A stretch of 64,000 nt of DNA from Pseudomonadota bacterium (GCA_051751685.1 JBNJLE010000011.1:42788-106787), one strand, 5' to 3'. Numbered from the stretch's first letter, positions 30,030-40,143 are shown. The notes: generated by a model from the letters alone, not told the origin. Translations and numbers: made by a program.

Positions 30030-30878
30030 CTAGCGAATGCCGGAGCGCAGGAAGGACTGCACGAATTGTCGCTGGAAGAGCAGGAAAGCGATCAGCAGCG
30101 GGGCAATGCTGAGCAGGGTCGCAGCGCTGACCGTGGCCCAGTTGACCCCGGTCTCCGGCGCCGAGAAGACCCCCAGCCCGACGGTGAGCGGACGGCTTTC
30201 CACCGAGTTGGTGACGACCAGGGGCCACAGGAAGTTGTTCCAGTGGTGGCTGATCGAGACCAGGCCATAGGCGAGGTAGGTGGGCTTGGCCAGCGGCACA
30301 TAGACCTTGAGCAGGATCGCCATCCAGCCGCAGCCTTCGATCCGTGCGGCATCCTCCAGCTCGCGGGGAATGGTCTTGAAGGTCTGACGTAGCAAGAAGA
30401 TGCCGAAGGCGCTGGCCACATAGGGCAGCCCGATGCCGGTAATGGTGTCGACCAGCCCCAGGGAGCTGGCGATGCGGTAATTTTCGACGATCAGCACCTC
30501 GGGGAAGACGAACAGCTGGATCAGCACCAGCATGAACAGGAAATCCTTGCCGGGGATCGGAAAGCGCGCGAAGGCGAAGCCGGCCAGGGTGCAGACCACG
30601 AACTGGGCGAACACGACCCCGGTGACCAGCAGGAAGGTGTTGAGGTAGTAGCGGGCAAATGGCGCCTGGGCCCAGGCGTTGGCGAAGTTGTCCAGGGTCA
30701 GCGGGGCAAGCAGATCGAAGCGCACCATGAAGGCCGGTGGATGGAAGGCCGCCCAGATGGCGTAGAGCAGCGGGAAGATCCAGATCAACGCCAGCAGCCA
30801 GGCGGCGATGGTCTCGAGGCCGGGTAGGCCGAGGGTCATCGGCCATCCGGCGGCCTTGGCGGTGCTGGGCTGGCTCAT
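30030..30878 (-). CDS. CUT1-family (UgpE-like) ABC permease
   Basis: Real start is MSQPSTAKAAG at 30878, overlapping the upstream stop (ATGA). EAA loop ELEDAARIEGCGWMAILLKVYVPLAKP. Confidence 0.85.
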   Translation of the reverse strand: MSQPSTAKAAGWPMTLGLPGLETIAAWLLALIWIFPLLYAIWAAFHPPAFMVRFDLLAPLTLDNFANAWAQAPFARYYLNTFLLVTGVVFAQFVVCTLAGFAFARFPIPGKDFLFMLVLIQLFVFPEVLIVENYRIASSLGLVDTITGIGLPYVASAFGIFLLRQTFKTIPRELEDAARIEGCGWMAILLKVYVPLAKPTYLAYGLVSISHHWNNFLWPLVVTNSVESRPLTVGLGVFSAPETGVNWATVSAATLLSIAPLLIAFLLFQRQFVQSFLRSGIR

Positions 30879-31762
30879 TGGTAGTGAGTCCTGCGGTCGA
30901 GGATGGCGAACTTCACCGTGGCCACGATCGCCAGGACCAGCAGGATCACCACGGTGATGGTGGCGGCATAGGTGCGGTCGAAGAACGAGAAGGCGTTCTC
31001 GTAGACGTAGTAGAGCAGCAGGTTGGTGGCGTTGTTGGGGCCGCCCTTGGTGAGGATAAAGAGGTGGTCCACCACTCGCACGGCGTTGATCAACGCGTTG
31101 ATCAAGACGAACAGGGTGGTCGGCATCAGCAGAGGAAAGGTGACCCGCCAAAAGAAGCTCCAGCGGCTGGTGCCTTCCAGGTCGGCGGCCTCCTTGAGCT
31201 CGGGCGCCATGCCCTGCAGGGCGGCGAGATAAAAGATCATAAAGAAGCCGGCTTCCTTCCATACCGTCATGACGATCACCGACGTCAGCGCAACGCCAGG
31301 GTCTCCCAGCCAGTTCACCCCGGAGAAACCGAGCGCGCCGAGGAGCTTGTTGAATAGCCCGATCTGCGGAGCGTAGAAGAACATCCAGATATTCGCCGCG
31401 GCGATCATCGGCAGGATGGTCGGGGTGAAATAGGCCATGCGCACGACACCGCGTCCCGGCAGGCGGGCATTGACGAACAGTGCCATGGCCAGCGCCAGGG
31501 CGATGGAGGTGGGAATCGTGCCCAGTGCATAGATCAGGTTGTTGCGTGCCACTTGCCAGAAGGTGCTGTCCTCGATCAGCAATCGGTAGTTCTCGAGCCC
31601 GACGAATTCCGTCGGCGCGCCGCGAAAGCCGGGCAGAAAAAGGCTGTTGGCCAGAGTCGCGATGGTCGGCAGGTAGGCAAAGGTGGAGAGCAGCACGGCG
31701 GCCGGCAGCAGCAGCAGGGCGCCATAGAGCTGCATGCGGCGATGGGCGTTCATCTCGACCAT
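30875..31762 (-). CDS. CUT1-family (UgpA-like) ABC permease
   Basis: 295 aa, six TM segments, EAA loop ELKEAADLEGTSRWSFFWRVTFPLLMP. Confidence 0.85.
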   Translation of the reverse strand: MVEMNAHRRMQLYGALLLLPAAVLLSTFAYLPTIATLANSLFLPGFRGAPTEFVGLENYRLLIEDSTFWQVARNNLIYALGTIPTSIALALAMALFVNARLPGRGVVRMAYFTPTILPMIAAANIWMFFYAPQIGLFNKLLGALGFSGVNWLGDPGVALTSVIVMTVWKEAGFFMIFYLAALQGMAPELKEAADLEGTSRWSFFWRVTFPLLMPTTLFVLINALINAVRVVDHLFILTKGGPNNATNLLLYYVYENAFSFFDRTYAATITVVILLVLAIVATVKFAILDRRTHYQ

Positions 31763-31840
31763 GTTGGCCCTCCGTTCTCACCCGCCCCGGGGCGACAGCC
31801 GCCACCCCGGGGGGTTGCCCGGTTTTCGGTTCTAATGGTG

Positions 31841-33124
31841 TCAGCGAACGTAGCGCCGCAGGGCCGCGTCCGCTTCGGCCTGGGCCTGTGCCAACGCCTC
31901 GGCGGGCGTCATCTGCCCGGTAAGGGCCGCCTGGACGGCGTTGTCCAGCGCCCGACGCACCCGGCCACCCTGATAGGTGGAGAGCTCGGCGGTGCCGTGC
32001 TCCAGCTGGTCCCGGGCCACGGCGGCCGGCGGGAAGCGCTCGATATAGTCTCGCAGTGCCTCGGTCTCATAGGCGGCGGGGCTCACCCCCATGTAGCCGG
32101 TCTCGATCGACCAGGCGGCGGCGCGCTGCGGGTCGGTCATCCAGCGGATAAATGTCATGGCGGCACGCTGTTCTTCCTCGCTGGCATCCTTGAAGAGGTA
32201 GAAGTTGCCGCCGCCGGTGGGGCTGCCCCGCTGGGTCTTCATCGGCAGCATGGCGACCCCGAAATCGAAGTCGGCCTCGTTACGCACCGCGGTGAGGTTG
32301 CCGGTGGTGTGCCAGATCATCGCCGTGGACTGCTCGATGAAGTTCTGGCGTAGGGTGCCCCATTCGATGGTGCCGTCGGGCATGGCGTCGTGCTCGGTGG
32401 CCAGCGAGACCCAGTATTCCAGCGCCTCGATGGCGGCGGGGTTGTCGAAGTAGACGTCGGTGCCGTCCTCGCTCATCAGCCGGTGGCCGTTCTGGAAGGC
32501 GAAGGCCTGAAACATCCAGTAGGGGTAGCCGGTGGAGGGGACCATCACGCCCCACTGCTCTCCATTCGATGCCTCGCGCACCGCGGCGGCCATTCGCGCC
32601 ATGTCGTCCCAGGTCTCCGGAGGTGTCTCCGGGTCGAGGCCGGCGGCCTCGAAGGCGTCCTTGTTCCAGTAGAGCACAATGGTCGACCGCTGGAAGGGAA
32701 TGCCGTAGGTCATGCCATCCAACTGGCCATTTTCCATCAGCCCGGGATAGAAGCCCTCGAGCCACTCGCGCTCCTCGTCGGTCTCGATGACCTCATCGAA
32801 GGCGATGATGGCGTCCTGTTCCAGCAGTTCGTAGAGGTCGATGGAGAAGAGCACCGATAGCTGAGGAGCGTCACCGGCCTCGATAGCCGACATGGCGCGC
32901 ACCCGGGTATCGTCGTAGTTGCCGGCGTAGATGGCATCCACGGCGATCTCGGGGTGTTCGGCCTCGAACTGGTCGACCAGACCGTCGATGACATCGGTGA
33001 GGGCACCTCCCACGGCAATGGGGTAGTACATGGTCAGTTCGACCGGGTCGTCGGCGATGGCGGAACCGGCAGCAAGCAGGCCCGCGGCCATGGCCGTCAG
33101 GGGGAAGGAGAGACGCTCACGCAT
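31841..33124 (-). CDS. CUT1-family extracellular solute-binding protein (UgpB-like)
   Basis: Signal peptide. The segment YWNKDAFEAAGLDPETPPETWDD closely parallels a UgpB segment recalled from memory. Substrate not proven. Confidence 0.75.
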   Translation of the reverse strand: MRERLSFPLTAMAAGLLAAGSAIADDPVELTMYYPIAVGGALTDVIDGLVDQFEAEHPEIAVDAIYAGNYDDTRVRAMSAIEAGDAPQLSVLFSIDLYELLEQDAIIAFDEVIETDEEREWLEGFYPGLMENGQLDGMTYGIPFQRSTIVLYWNKDAFEAAGLDPETPPETWDDMARMAAAVREASNGEQWGVMVPSTGYPYWMFQAFAFQNGHRLMSEDGTDVYFDNPAAIEALEYWVSLATEHDAMPDGTIEWGTLRQNFIEQSTAMIWHTTGNLTAVRNEADFDFGVAMLPMKTQRGSPTGGGNFYLFKDASEEEQRAAMTFIRWMTDPQRAAAWSIETGYMGVSPAAYETEALRDYIERFPPAAVARDQLEHGTAELSTYQGGRVRRALDNAVQAALTGQMTPAEALAQAQAEADAALRRYVR

Positions 33125-33140
33125 GGGATGACTCCTGTGT

Positions 33141-34310
33141 TCACAAGTGACTGCTCGACGGGCTGTCGGAGTGCGGAGGCAATGCGCTTTGCTCGCCTTC
33201 GCCGGAGATGCGGCCCACGGCCGCGGAAACTGTCAGGGGAATGAGATCGTTCCGGCGCACGCCGTTGGCATCGAACAGGTGGGCCGCTGCCGGAGCCCAG
33301 CCGAGCCGGCAGCGCTGGCCATCGGCCAGCGTCTGCTTGCCAGGCAGACGCGCGCGCAGTACCTGGCTGCCCACGGCCAGACGCAGAATGGTATCGGCGC
33401 CGAGATACTCGCCGTCGATCACCCTGGCAGGTAATCCGGGTTCGTGGGGGCCCAGCACTACGATATCCTCCGGTCGCAAGCCCAGTTGACCGTTGCTCGC
33501 CTCGGCGGGCGCGACGGCAACGCTCGGCTCGCCGTCGATCACGGCTGCGCCCCTCGCCGTTTCCAGACTCACCAGATTCATCGCCGGGCTGCCGATAAAG
33601 CTCGCGGCAAAGGCGGTGGCGGGGCGGTTGTAGAGGTCATCCGGGCTGTCGTCCTGGATGATGATGCCGTCCTGCATAAGGATCACCCGATCACCCATGC
33701 TCATCGCCTCGACCTGATCATGGGTGACATAGACCACGGTCATGCCCAGCCTGGATTGCAGCGCCTTGATCTCGCGCCGCATCTCCCCTCGCAGGCGGGC
33801 ATCGAGATTGGAAAGCGGTTCGTCCATCAAACAGATGGGGTGCTCGGAGATGATCGCCCTGGCCAGCGCCACCCTCTGGCGCTGGCCGCCAGAGAGCTGT
33901 GCCGGCTTGCGATCCAGATAGGCGACGAGATCGACCAGCTCGACGACTCGCTTCAGGCGTTCTCGTCGCTCTGCCCTGGGCACCTTGCGACTGCGCAGGC
34001 CGAAGACGATATTGTCGGCGACATTGAGGTGGGGGAAGAGCGCATAGGATTGGAACACCATGCTGAGGCCGCGATCCCCCGGCGGAAGCCGGGTCACATC
34101 GCGCTCGCCGATGTGGATGCACCCCTCCGTTGCCTGTTCGAGGCCCGCGATCATACGCAGCGTCGTTGACTTGCCGCACCCCGAGGGGCCGAGCAGGATC
34201 ACGAACTGGCCGGGGTCGACGTCGAAGGAGATGCCCTCGACGGCTCGACTTTCCCCCCAGCGCTTGGTGACCGCGTCCAGGCGAATGCGTTGATCACTTT
34301 GATGGCCCAT
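33141..34310 (-). CDS. CUT1-family ABC ATP-binding protein (UgpC/MalK-like)
   Basis: Start trimmed to MGHQSDQRIRL at 34310. Walker A GPSGCGKST, signature LSGGQRQRV, Walker B CLMDEPLSNLD, and a MalK-type C-terminal regulatory domain. Confidence 0.88.
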   Translation of the reverse strand: MGHQSDQRIRLDAVTKRWGESRAVEGISFDVDPGQFVILLGPSGCGKSTTLRMIAGLEQATEGCIHIGERDVTRLPPGDRGLSMVFQSYALFPHLNVADNIVFGLRSRKVPRAERRERLKRVVELVDLVAYLDRKPAQLSGGQRQRVALARAIISEHPICLMDEPLSNLDARLRGEMRREIKALQSRLGMTVVYVTHDQVEAMSMGDRVILMQDGIIIQDDSPDDLYNRPATAFAASFIGSPAMNLVSLETARGAAVIDGEPSVAVAPAEASNGQLGLRPEDIVVLGPHEPGLPARVIDGEYLGADTILRLAVGSQVLRARLPGKQTLADGQRCRLGWAPAAAHLFDANGVRRNDLIPLTVSAAVGRISGEGEQSALPPHSDSPSSSHL

Positions 34311-34814
34311 GGAAATCCCGAGACAGGCGGAGATTATCGGTGAAGCGTCTTTACCAGCGTGATGGCTGACAACCAACTCACCCAACACAAGAATCACTCG
34401 GTCAGGTTACAGCTTGCTGACGGTATAGTGTCAATTCTGTTTCAACTTTTTTCTTTCTGATGTCATCGTCATGTCATCCGGGTTCCATAGATTATTTGAC
34501 TGATTCGGCCATGACTTTCTCGCGCTGGCCGCATACACACAATATGCACGTGAAATAAGTTTATGGGTGCTTGCTATGACCGGCTGGCAGCACTTCACGT
34601 CGGTTGTATTCAGTAAGATCATCAGTAGTTGCGGAGGTTTTTTGACCAGGAAGCAAGAGCTTTATTGTCTGGCTAGTATCCAGGATGATTTTATAAAGTT
34701 CAATAATTTGTCAGCAATATGAAATATTATCCCAGTAAGGTGTGTCTTAAATAAGAATTAAGCGTACGACAAGAAGTATTTAAATCTAACGGATCATTCA
34801 AGGGGAATGACATC

Positions 34815-35807
34815 ATGAAGAAGACACTGATGACGGTTGCCGTGGCAGCTGCCATGGCCGCTAGTGCCGCCGGGAATGCCGCTGTGGTCTATGACCAGGA
34901 TGGCACCAAGTTGGACCTCTACGGGCGCATCGCCATGGGTATCGAGGGCGGTGGCCTGGAAACGCCGACCACCGACAACGGCGAGGAGTTCGTCAACGTG
35001 GGGTCCCGCCTGCAGATCACCGGCAGCCACCAGATCACCTCCGACCTGAGCGCCTTCGCACGCGTGCAGTGGCGCTTCAATGCGGATGAGCGTGATACCG
35101 ACTCCGGATTCAGCGAGGTGCGTAACAGCTACCTGGGCCTGAAGAGTGAGCAATTCGGTACCTTCATGGCCGGCAACTACGACAGCTTCTACAGCGATTA
35201 CGTGGCTGGGCCGTTCGATGTCTATATCGAGCGGGGTTATGAGATCGGCGGCGGCGGTCTGCAGGCGCGCGGTGACTCTCTGGGCTATATCTCTCCCAAC
35301 CTTGAGGGCTTCCAGGCCTTCATCTCCGCCAAGCACTACAGCAAGCGCGATGAGGCTCCCGATGCCCCATCCTCTGAAGTCGTCACTCAGGGTGGCATCA
35401 GCTACGAGGTCGATGGCCTGCGTCTCGCACTGGGCTATGTGGATGATGAGGATGGCAGGGCCGGCGGCCAGGGCGAGAATATCTATGGCGCCACGGCGGC
35501 TTACGATATCAATGATGCGTTCTCGGCTCGCCTCGCCTACGAGACCCAAGATGACAACTACGATACTGTGGGGCTTGGCATGACCTACGCATTGGCTTCC
35601 TGGAAGTTTCATGCCGATTATTACAATATCGATATCGAAAATGCCGGCGATCGTAATGCCTGGGCCGCAGCGGCTCATTATAAGCTGTCGAGCAACTTCG
35701 ATATGTTCCTCGAGCTGAACGATGCCGACAGGGACTTCGATGCCCCCGCCGATAGCGGTATCAATGATGACCTCTACTATATCGTCGGTGCCCGCTATCA
35801 TTTCTGA
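34815..35807 (+). CDS. General porin (Gram-negative porin family)
   Basis: Signal peptide MKKTLMTVAVAAAMAASAAGNA, a beta-strand-rich sequence, and a C-terminal YHF. It is preceded by about 400 bp of AT-rich DNA. Confidence 0.85.
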   Translation: MKKTLMTVAVAAAMAASAAGNAAVVYDQDGTKLDLYGRIAMGIEGGGLETPTTDNGEEFVNVGSRLQITGSHQITSDLSAFARVQWRFNADERDTDSGFSEVRNSYLGLKSEQFGTFMAGNYDSFYSDYVAGPFDVYIERGYEIGGGGLQARGDSLGYISPNLEGFQAFISAKHYSKRDEAPDAPSSEVVTQGGISYEVDGLRLALGYVDDEDGRAGGQGENIYGATAAYDINDAFSARLAYETQDDNYDTVGLGMTYALASWKFHADYYNIDIENAGDRNAWAAAAHYKLSSNFDMFLELNDADRDFDAPADSGINDDLYYIVGARYHF

Positions 35808-35860
35808 TCAATGATGGCAGAATAGTTCCATTTGTTCGGCTTTGCTGATTCGATCATTGT

Positions 35861-35890
35861 GCCGGCGACCTCACAGGTTGCCGGCTTTTT
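35861..35890 (+). terminator. Intrinsic terminator of the porin gene
   Basis: gccggcgacct-cac-aggttgccggc forms an 11-bp stem including one G-U pair, followed by ttttt. Confidence 0.8.
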
Positions 35891-35894
35891 GATG

Positions 35895-36928
35895 GTGCGC
35901 CAGGCATGGCGCGCAGCGCCTTGACTGGCGCTGTTCCCGAGGGTGGTGCCTCGGGATGACGTGGGGGTGAAAGTCCCCTGCACGCCCGGCAAGGGGAAGT
36001 GCTAGCCGACGGCAAGGGTGTCCCCCGCGAGGGGGAAGCTGAAGGAAGCCCGAGGCAAAACGCTGGCCTGACGAACAGGAAGCGGATACGAGGCGGCATG
36101 GCGGGGTGAGATGGCCATACTCATCAAAGCCCAGTACTTGCACGGAACGCCATGCCGTAAATCCGACAGGCATAAGCAATGGGATGGAGTCCTCCCCACC
36201 CTACCCCGGCGCCGATGCAACTGGAACGCCGCGGTCACCGCTTCTGCCGCTATGCCGACGACCTGCAGGTGTATGTCAGGAGTCGGTGAGCAGGCGAGCG
36301 CGTCATGACTAGCCTGAGTGATTTTCTCGAGAGTTCGCTCAGGCTCACGGTCAATCGCGACAAGAGTGCGGTGGACCGGCCGTGGAACCGGGGGTATCTG
36401 GGCTACACGCTGACTCGGCACAGGTTGCCGAAGCTGACATTGGCCAAAGCCAGTCTGCAACGCTTGATGGGGCGTGTCCGCGAGATCCTAAAGCGTGGCA
36501 GGGGAGGCGATATTCGGCGCGTCACGAGGGAGCTGGCCCCTGTCCTGCGGGGCTGGGCCAGCTACTTCCGTCTCGTCGATGTGAAGCGGCCGCTGGAAGC
36601 GTTGGATCAATGGGTACGTCGCCGATTACGCGACTTGATATGGCGGCAATGGAAGTGCCCGAAAACCCGGCGCCGTAAGCTTCTGGCATTGGGTCTGAAT
36701 GGCTATCGGGCGTGGAAATCAGCGGGAAATGGGCGAGGCCCTTGGTGGAATGCAGCTGCGCTGCACCTGCGCCACGCTTTGCCCAACCGCTGGTTCGCTC
36801 AGCGTGGACTGGTCTCGGTACTGGATACAGTAAGAGGGCTTAGCCGTTCTTCGTGAACCGCCGTGGTACGGAACCGTATGCCCGGTGGTGTGAGAGGACG
36901 GGGGAGGCGACTCCCCCTCCTACTCGAT
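35895..36928 (+). mobile_element. Degenerate group II intron (class C-like) inserted just after the porin terminator
   Basis: The 5' end GTGCG lies at 35895, 4 nt after the T-tract. An internal RT/maturase remnant carries RYADD. A candidate domain V hairpin lies at 36858-36888 (CGC with a G-U wobble at the triad position). A candidate domain VI lies at 36892-36928, with a GCGA loop, a bulged A at 36922 and a 3' end of ...ctcgAT. At about 1.03 kb it is roughly half the expected length. Confidence 0.65.
36215..36856 (+). pseudogene. Truncated group II intron reverse transcriptase/maturase
   Basis: MQLERRGHRFCRYADDLQVYVRSR-TGA-AGERVMTSLSDFLE...RGWASYFR... covers only RT domains 5-7 and the X/maturase region. 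There is an in-frame TGA at 36287-36289, and RT domains 0-4 are absent. Confidence 0.75.
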
Positions 36929-37012
36929 TCCGGAGGCAGCTATTTATTTCATCATGCGGCGCTGTGGCGATGTTATGCCGTTTGCTGACAGGTACTGAGC
37001 CACCCTGTTGGC

Positions 37013-37648
37013 TCAGCGGCCGATCCACTCCACTAAACTGGTCTCTCCCAGGGCGTGGCACTCGTGGCGAATGCGGCAGGTGGCGGCGTAAGACAGGTCG
37101 AAGGTGAGCAGACGCGAGAGCGGCTGCTCGAGGACTTGGTGCAGCACGGCGTTGGTGACAAACAGATGGCAGACCACCAGCAGGTGGTGTCCGGGCGGTT
37201 CCGCCAGAAGCCCCTGCCAGGCGTCGCCGACCCGGGCGACGAAGGCCTCCGCGGCTTCGCCCCCGGGCGGTGCGGTTCGGCTGGGGTCGCTCCAGAGTGC
37301 CGCCTGGCGGTCCTCCTTATCGCCCTCCGCTTCGCGCACCTCGGCGTGGGTCTTGCCTTCCCAGTCGCCCAGGCTCATCTCTGCCAGCCCGGGCTCGATG
37401 GTCACCGGCAGGTCGTGATATTCGCCCAGCCACAGGGCGAACTCCTGGCAGCGAGCGAGCGGGGAGGTAACGATGGCGTCCCAGGGCGGTTTTTCATCCA
37501 CCATCAGTTGGCTGACGGCGTTCAGCATCTGTTGCCAGCCTCGCTCGCTCAGCGGGTGGTTGATAGTACCACGCAGCATCCGGCCGCCCACCGGCTCGCC
37601 GTGGCGCATCAGGTCCAGGGTGGTTACCTCGGCATCGGGGAAACGCAT
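37013..37648 (-). CDS. Histidine phosphatase family protein (PGM/CobC-like)
   Basis: RHGE catalytic motif (LDLMRHGEPVGG) and a second His motif (LLVVCHLFV). It lies 24 nt downstream of phnE on the same strand. Confidence 0.8.
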   Translation of the reverse strand: MRFPDAEVTTLDLMRHGEPVGGRMLRGTINHPLSERGWQQMLNAVSQLMVDEKPPWDAIVTSPLARCQEFALWLGEYHDLPVTIEPGLAEMSLGDWEGKTHAEVREAEGDKEDRQAALWSDPSRTAPPGGEAAEAFVARVGDAWQGLLAEPPGHHLLVVCHLFVTNAVLHQVLEQPLSRLLTFDLSYAATCRIRHECHALGETSLVEWIGR

Positions 37649-37672
37649 GAACAGGCTCCTGTTGGAAGGGGC

Positions 37673-38488
37673 TCAGATGACGGCATGCCGTACCCGTGCC
37701 GAGATCCACTCCGACGCCAGCACGGTAACGAAGATCATCAAGAAGATCACGCTGACCTGGTTCCAGGCCAGGCTGTTGATGGCGGCGTTGAGCTGCAGGC
37801 CGATGCCGCCGGCCCCCACCAGCCCCAGCACGGTGGATTCGCGAATATTGATGTCCCAGCGGTAGACGCTGATGCCGGCGAAGGCAGGCAGCACCTGGGG
37901 CAGTACCCCGTAGCTCATTACCTGCATGCGACTGGCGCCGGTCGCGCTGATCGCTTCCACCGGGGTCGGGTGGATCTCCTCGATGGCTTCATACAGCAGC
38001 TTGCCGACGAAGCCGATGGAGCGAAGGGCGATGGCGATGATGCCGGCCAGCACGCCGGGCCCAAGGATGGTCACCAGCAGCATCGCCCAGATCAGAGAAT
38101 TGATGGAGCGCGAAGAGACGATGATCAGCAGCGCGGCGCTGCGCAACAGCGGATGTGGCGAGGTGTTGCGCGCCGCCAGGAAGGCCACGGGAAACGCCAT
38201 GACGATGCCCAACAGGGTGCCCAGGGTGGCGATGTTCATGGTGTCCCACATCGGCTTCCACAGGCGGTGGGCGTAGGTCCACTCCGGGGGCAACATGCGG
38301 CTGATCAGGTCGCCGCCCTGGCGGCCGGCGTCCTCGACGAAGACCCACATGGTGTTGTCTGAGATCAGCTTCCAGCACAGCAGGAACAGGCAAATGCCGG
38401 CCAGCCAGGCCAGATAGCTCAGCCATTGGGCGCGGGGCGTGCGCAGGCGCCAGATCGGCGTGCCCTGCGTCGTCGTTGAAACGGGCAT
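37673..38488 (-). CDS. phnE: Phosphonate ABC transporter permease PhnE
   Basis: The PhnE-type motif ESTVLGLVGAGGIGLQL is present. It is the last transporter gene of the phnD-C-E-E cluster. Confidence 0.88.
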   Translation of the reverse strand: MPVSTTTQGTPIWRLRTPRAQWLSYLAWLAGICLFLLCWKLISDNTMWVFVEDAGRQGGDLISRMLPPEWTYAHRLWKPMWDTMNIATLGTLLGIVMAFPVAFLAARNTSPHPLLRSAALLIIVSSRSINSLIWAMLLVTILGPGVLAGIIAIALRSIGFVGKLLYEAIEEIHPTPVEAISATGASRMQVMSYGVLPQVLPAFAGISVYRWDINIRESTVLGLVGAGGIGLQLNAAINSLAWNQVSVIFLMIFVTVLASEWISARVRHAVI

Positions 38489-38506
38489 GATGAGGCTCTC
38501 CGAGAC

Positions 38507-39316
38507 TTACTGGGTCCAGCGGCGTACGTGGCTCGAGCTGTATTCGCAGAGCAGCACGATGGCGATAATGATCAGCAGGATCGCCGCCGAGGTGTCGTAC
38601 TCGTAGCGGCTGATCGAGGTGTTGAGGGTGGCGCCGATGCCGCCGGCCCCCACGATGCCGATCACTGCGGATTCGCGGAAGTTGATGTCCAGGCGGTACA
38701 TCGAGAGCCCGATCAGCCGCGGCATCACCTGGGGTTGGACGGCGTGGTTCATGGTCTGCCACCAGCTCGCGCCGGTAGCGCGAACGGCCTCCACCTGCCG
38801 CCAGTCCAGATCCTCGATGTCCTCGGCTAACAGCTTGGCCATGAAGCCGATGGTGGCGAAGGCCAGGGTGATCATGCCGGCCAGGGGACCGAAGCCGAAC
38901 ATCACCACGAACAGGATGGCGATGATGATTTCCTGAAAGGTGCGCGACACGGTAATGATGCCCCGGCACAGGTAGTAGATGGGCCATGGGGCAATGTTAC
39001 GCGCCGCGCCGAGCCCCACTGGAATCGCCAGTGCCACGCCAATCACCGTTGAGGTGAGCGTCATGGTCAGACTCTCCAGGATGCCGTCGACGATGTCGTC
39101 GTGGCGGCTGACGAAGTCGGGTTGAGTGAAGGCGGCCAGGAAGTTGAGGCCGCGGCTGGCTCCCTCGGACACCCGTGCCCAGTTGACGTCGATGGTGGAG
39201 AGCGCCAGCACAAGATAGACAAGAGCGCCGAGTGCCAGTCCCCAGCGCAGCTTCGGGTCCTGGATCATCGGCCGCCGCCGCCACTCTCCCTGCCGGGCCA
39301 GCGTTTGTCGGCTCAT
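38507..39316 (-). CDS. phnE: Phosphonate ABC transporter permease PhnE
   Basis: Motif [17 protein letters not shown]. The start overlaps the phnC stop (ATGA). Confidence 0.88.
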   Translation of the reverse strand: MSRQTLARQGEWRRRPMIQDPKLRWGLALGALVYLVLALSTIDVNWARVSEGASRGLNFLAAFTQPDFVSRHDDIVDGILESLTMTLTSTVIGVALAIPVGLGAARNIAPWPIYYLCRGIITVSRTFQEIIIAILFVVMFGFGPLAGMITLAFATIGFMAKLLAEDIEDLDWRQVEAVRATGASWWQTMNHAVQPQVMPRLIGLSMYRLDINFRESAVIGIVGAGGIGATLNTSISRYEYDTSAAILLIIIAIVLLCEYSSSHVRRWTQ

Positions 39317-40143
39317 GGTGCGCCTCCGCTGGCCAACGCCAGGCGTGCTGCCGGCCCGGGGCCATATGCGGCCTCTTCATCATCGGCCTGCTCCTGAGTC
39401 TCCCACTCCTCCTCGCCATAGATGGTGGTGAGGGTCTCTGCATCCAGTGCTTCGGGTCGGCCGTCGAAGACGATCTCGCCGGCGCGTAGGCCGACGATGC
39501 GGTCGGCGAACTGTCGGGCCAGGGCCACGTCATGGATGTTGATGATGGCGCCAAGGTCGCGCTCGGCACACAGCTCGCGGATAAGTCGCATGATCTGGCG
39601 CGAGGTCTTGGGGTCCAGGCTGGCTGTGGGCTCGTCGACCAACAGCAGCTGTGGGTCCTGCAGCAGCGCCCTGGCGATGCCAACCCGCTGGCGCTGACCG
39701 CCGGAGAGAGCGTCGGCGCGCTTGTCGATGGCATGGGGCAGGCCGACCCGTTCCAACAGGCGGAAGGCCTCGATCACGGCATCGGCGGGATAGCGGCGCA
39801 GAAAGCTGCGCCAGAAGCCTACCTGCCCCAACCGGCCGGAGAGCACGTTCTCCATCACCGTCAGGCGGTCCACCAGGGCGAATTCCTGGAAGATCATGCC
39901 CATGGCGCGGCGCGCTCGGCGCAGCTCGCGGCCGGAAAGCCGAGTCAGCTCGGTGTCACCGAGGCGGATGCTGCCCGACGTGGGCTCCACCAGGCGGTTC
40001 ACACAGCGGATCAGGGTGCTCTTGCCGGCCCCCGAGGGGCCGATCAGCGCCATCACCTGGCCCCGCGGCAGGGTCAGCTCGATGTCGGTCAGAGCGCGGT
40101 CCCCGGTGGGGTAGCGCTTGTTGACCTTGGATAGCGTCAGCAT
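39313..40143 (-). CDS. phnC: Phosphonate ABC transporter ATP-binding protein PhnC
   Basis: Start trimmed to [11 protein letters not shown] at 40143. Motifs [26 protein letters not shown] and LLLVDEP. Confidence 0.9.
   Translation of the reverse strand: MLTLSKVNKRYPTGDRALTDIELTLPRGQVMALIGPSGAGKSTLIRCVNRLVEPTSGSIRLGDTELTRLSGRELRRARRAMGMIFQEFALVDRLTVMENVLSGRLGQVGFWRSFLRRYPADAVIEAFRLLERVGLPHAIDKRADALSGGQRQRVGIARALLQDPQLLLVDEPTASLDPKTSRQIMRLIRELCAERDLGAIINIHDVALARQFADRIVGLRAGEIVFDGRPEALDAETLTTIYGEEEWETQEQADDEEAAYGPGPAARLALASGGAP

Noticed and set aside
30030-31805. 591-aa ORF suggesting one large fused permease
   Set aside because: Only the C-terminal 282 aa (from MSQPSTAKAAG at 30878) is permease-like. 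The N-terminal 309 aa is an out-of-frame read-through of the upstream permease gene (30875..31762), which has its own clean frame and an ATGA junction.
34431-34622. 63-aa ORF in the AT-rich porin upstream region
   Set aside because: It has no SD, odd composition and lies in a regulatory spacer, so it is more likely non-coding.
36111-36308. 65-aa ORF inside the intron relic
   Set aside because: It is out of frame with the recognisable RT remnant (RYADD frame) and has no similarity to intron proteins by eye.
36853-37107. 84-aa ORF (MNRRGTEPYARWCERTGEATPPPTRF...)
   Set aside because: It reads through the candidate intron domains V and VI and then antisense into the phosphatase gene. The peptide is a by-product of the structured RNA sequence.
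37055-38987. 435-aa (+) and 332-aa (-) ORFs overlapping the phosphatase and phnE genes
   Set aside because: They are alternative-frame or antisense artefacts. The PhnE frames carry the conserved GAGGIG permease motif.
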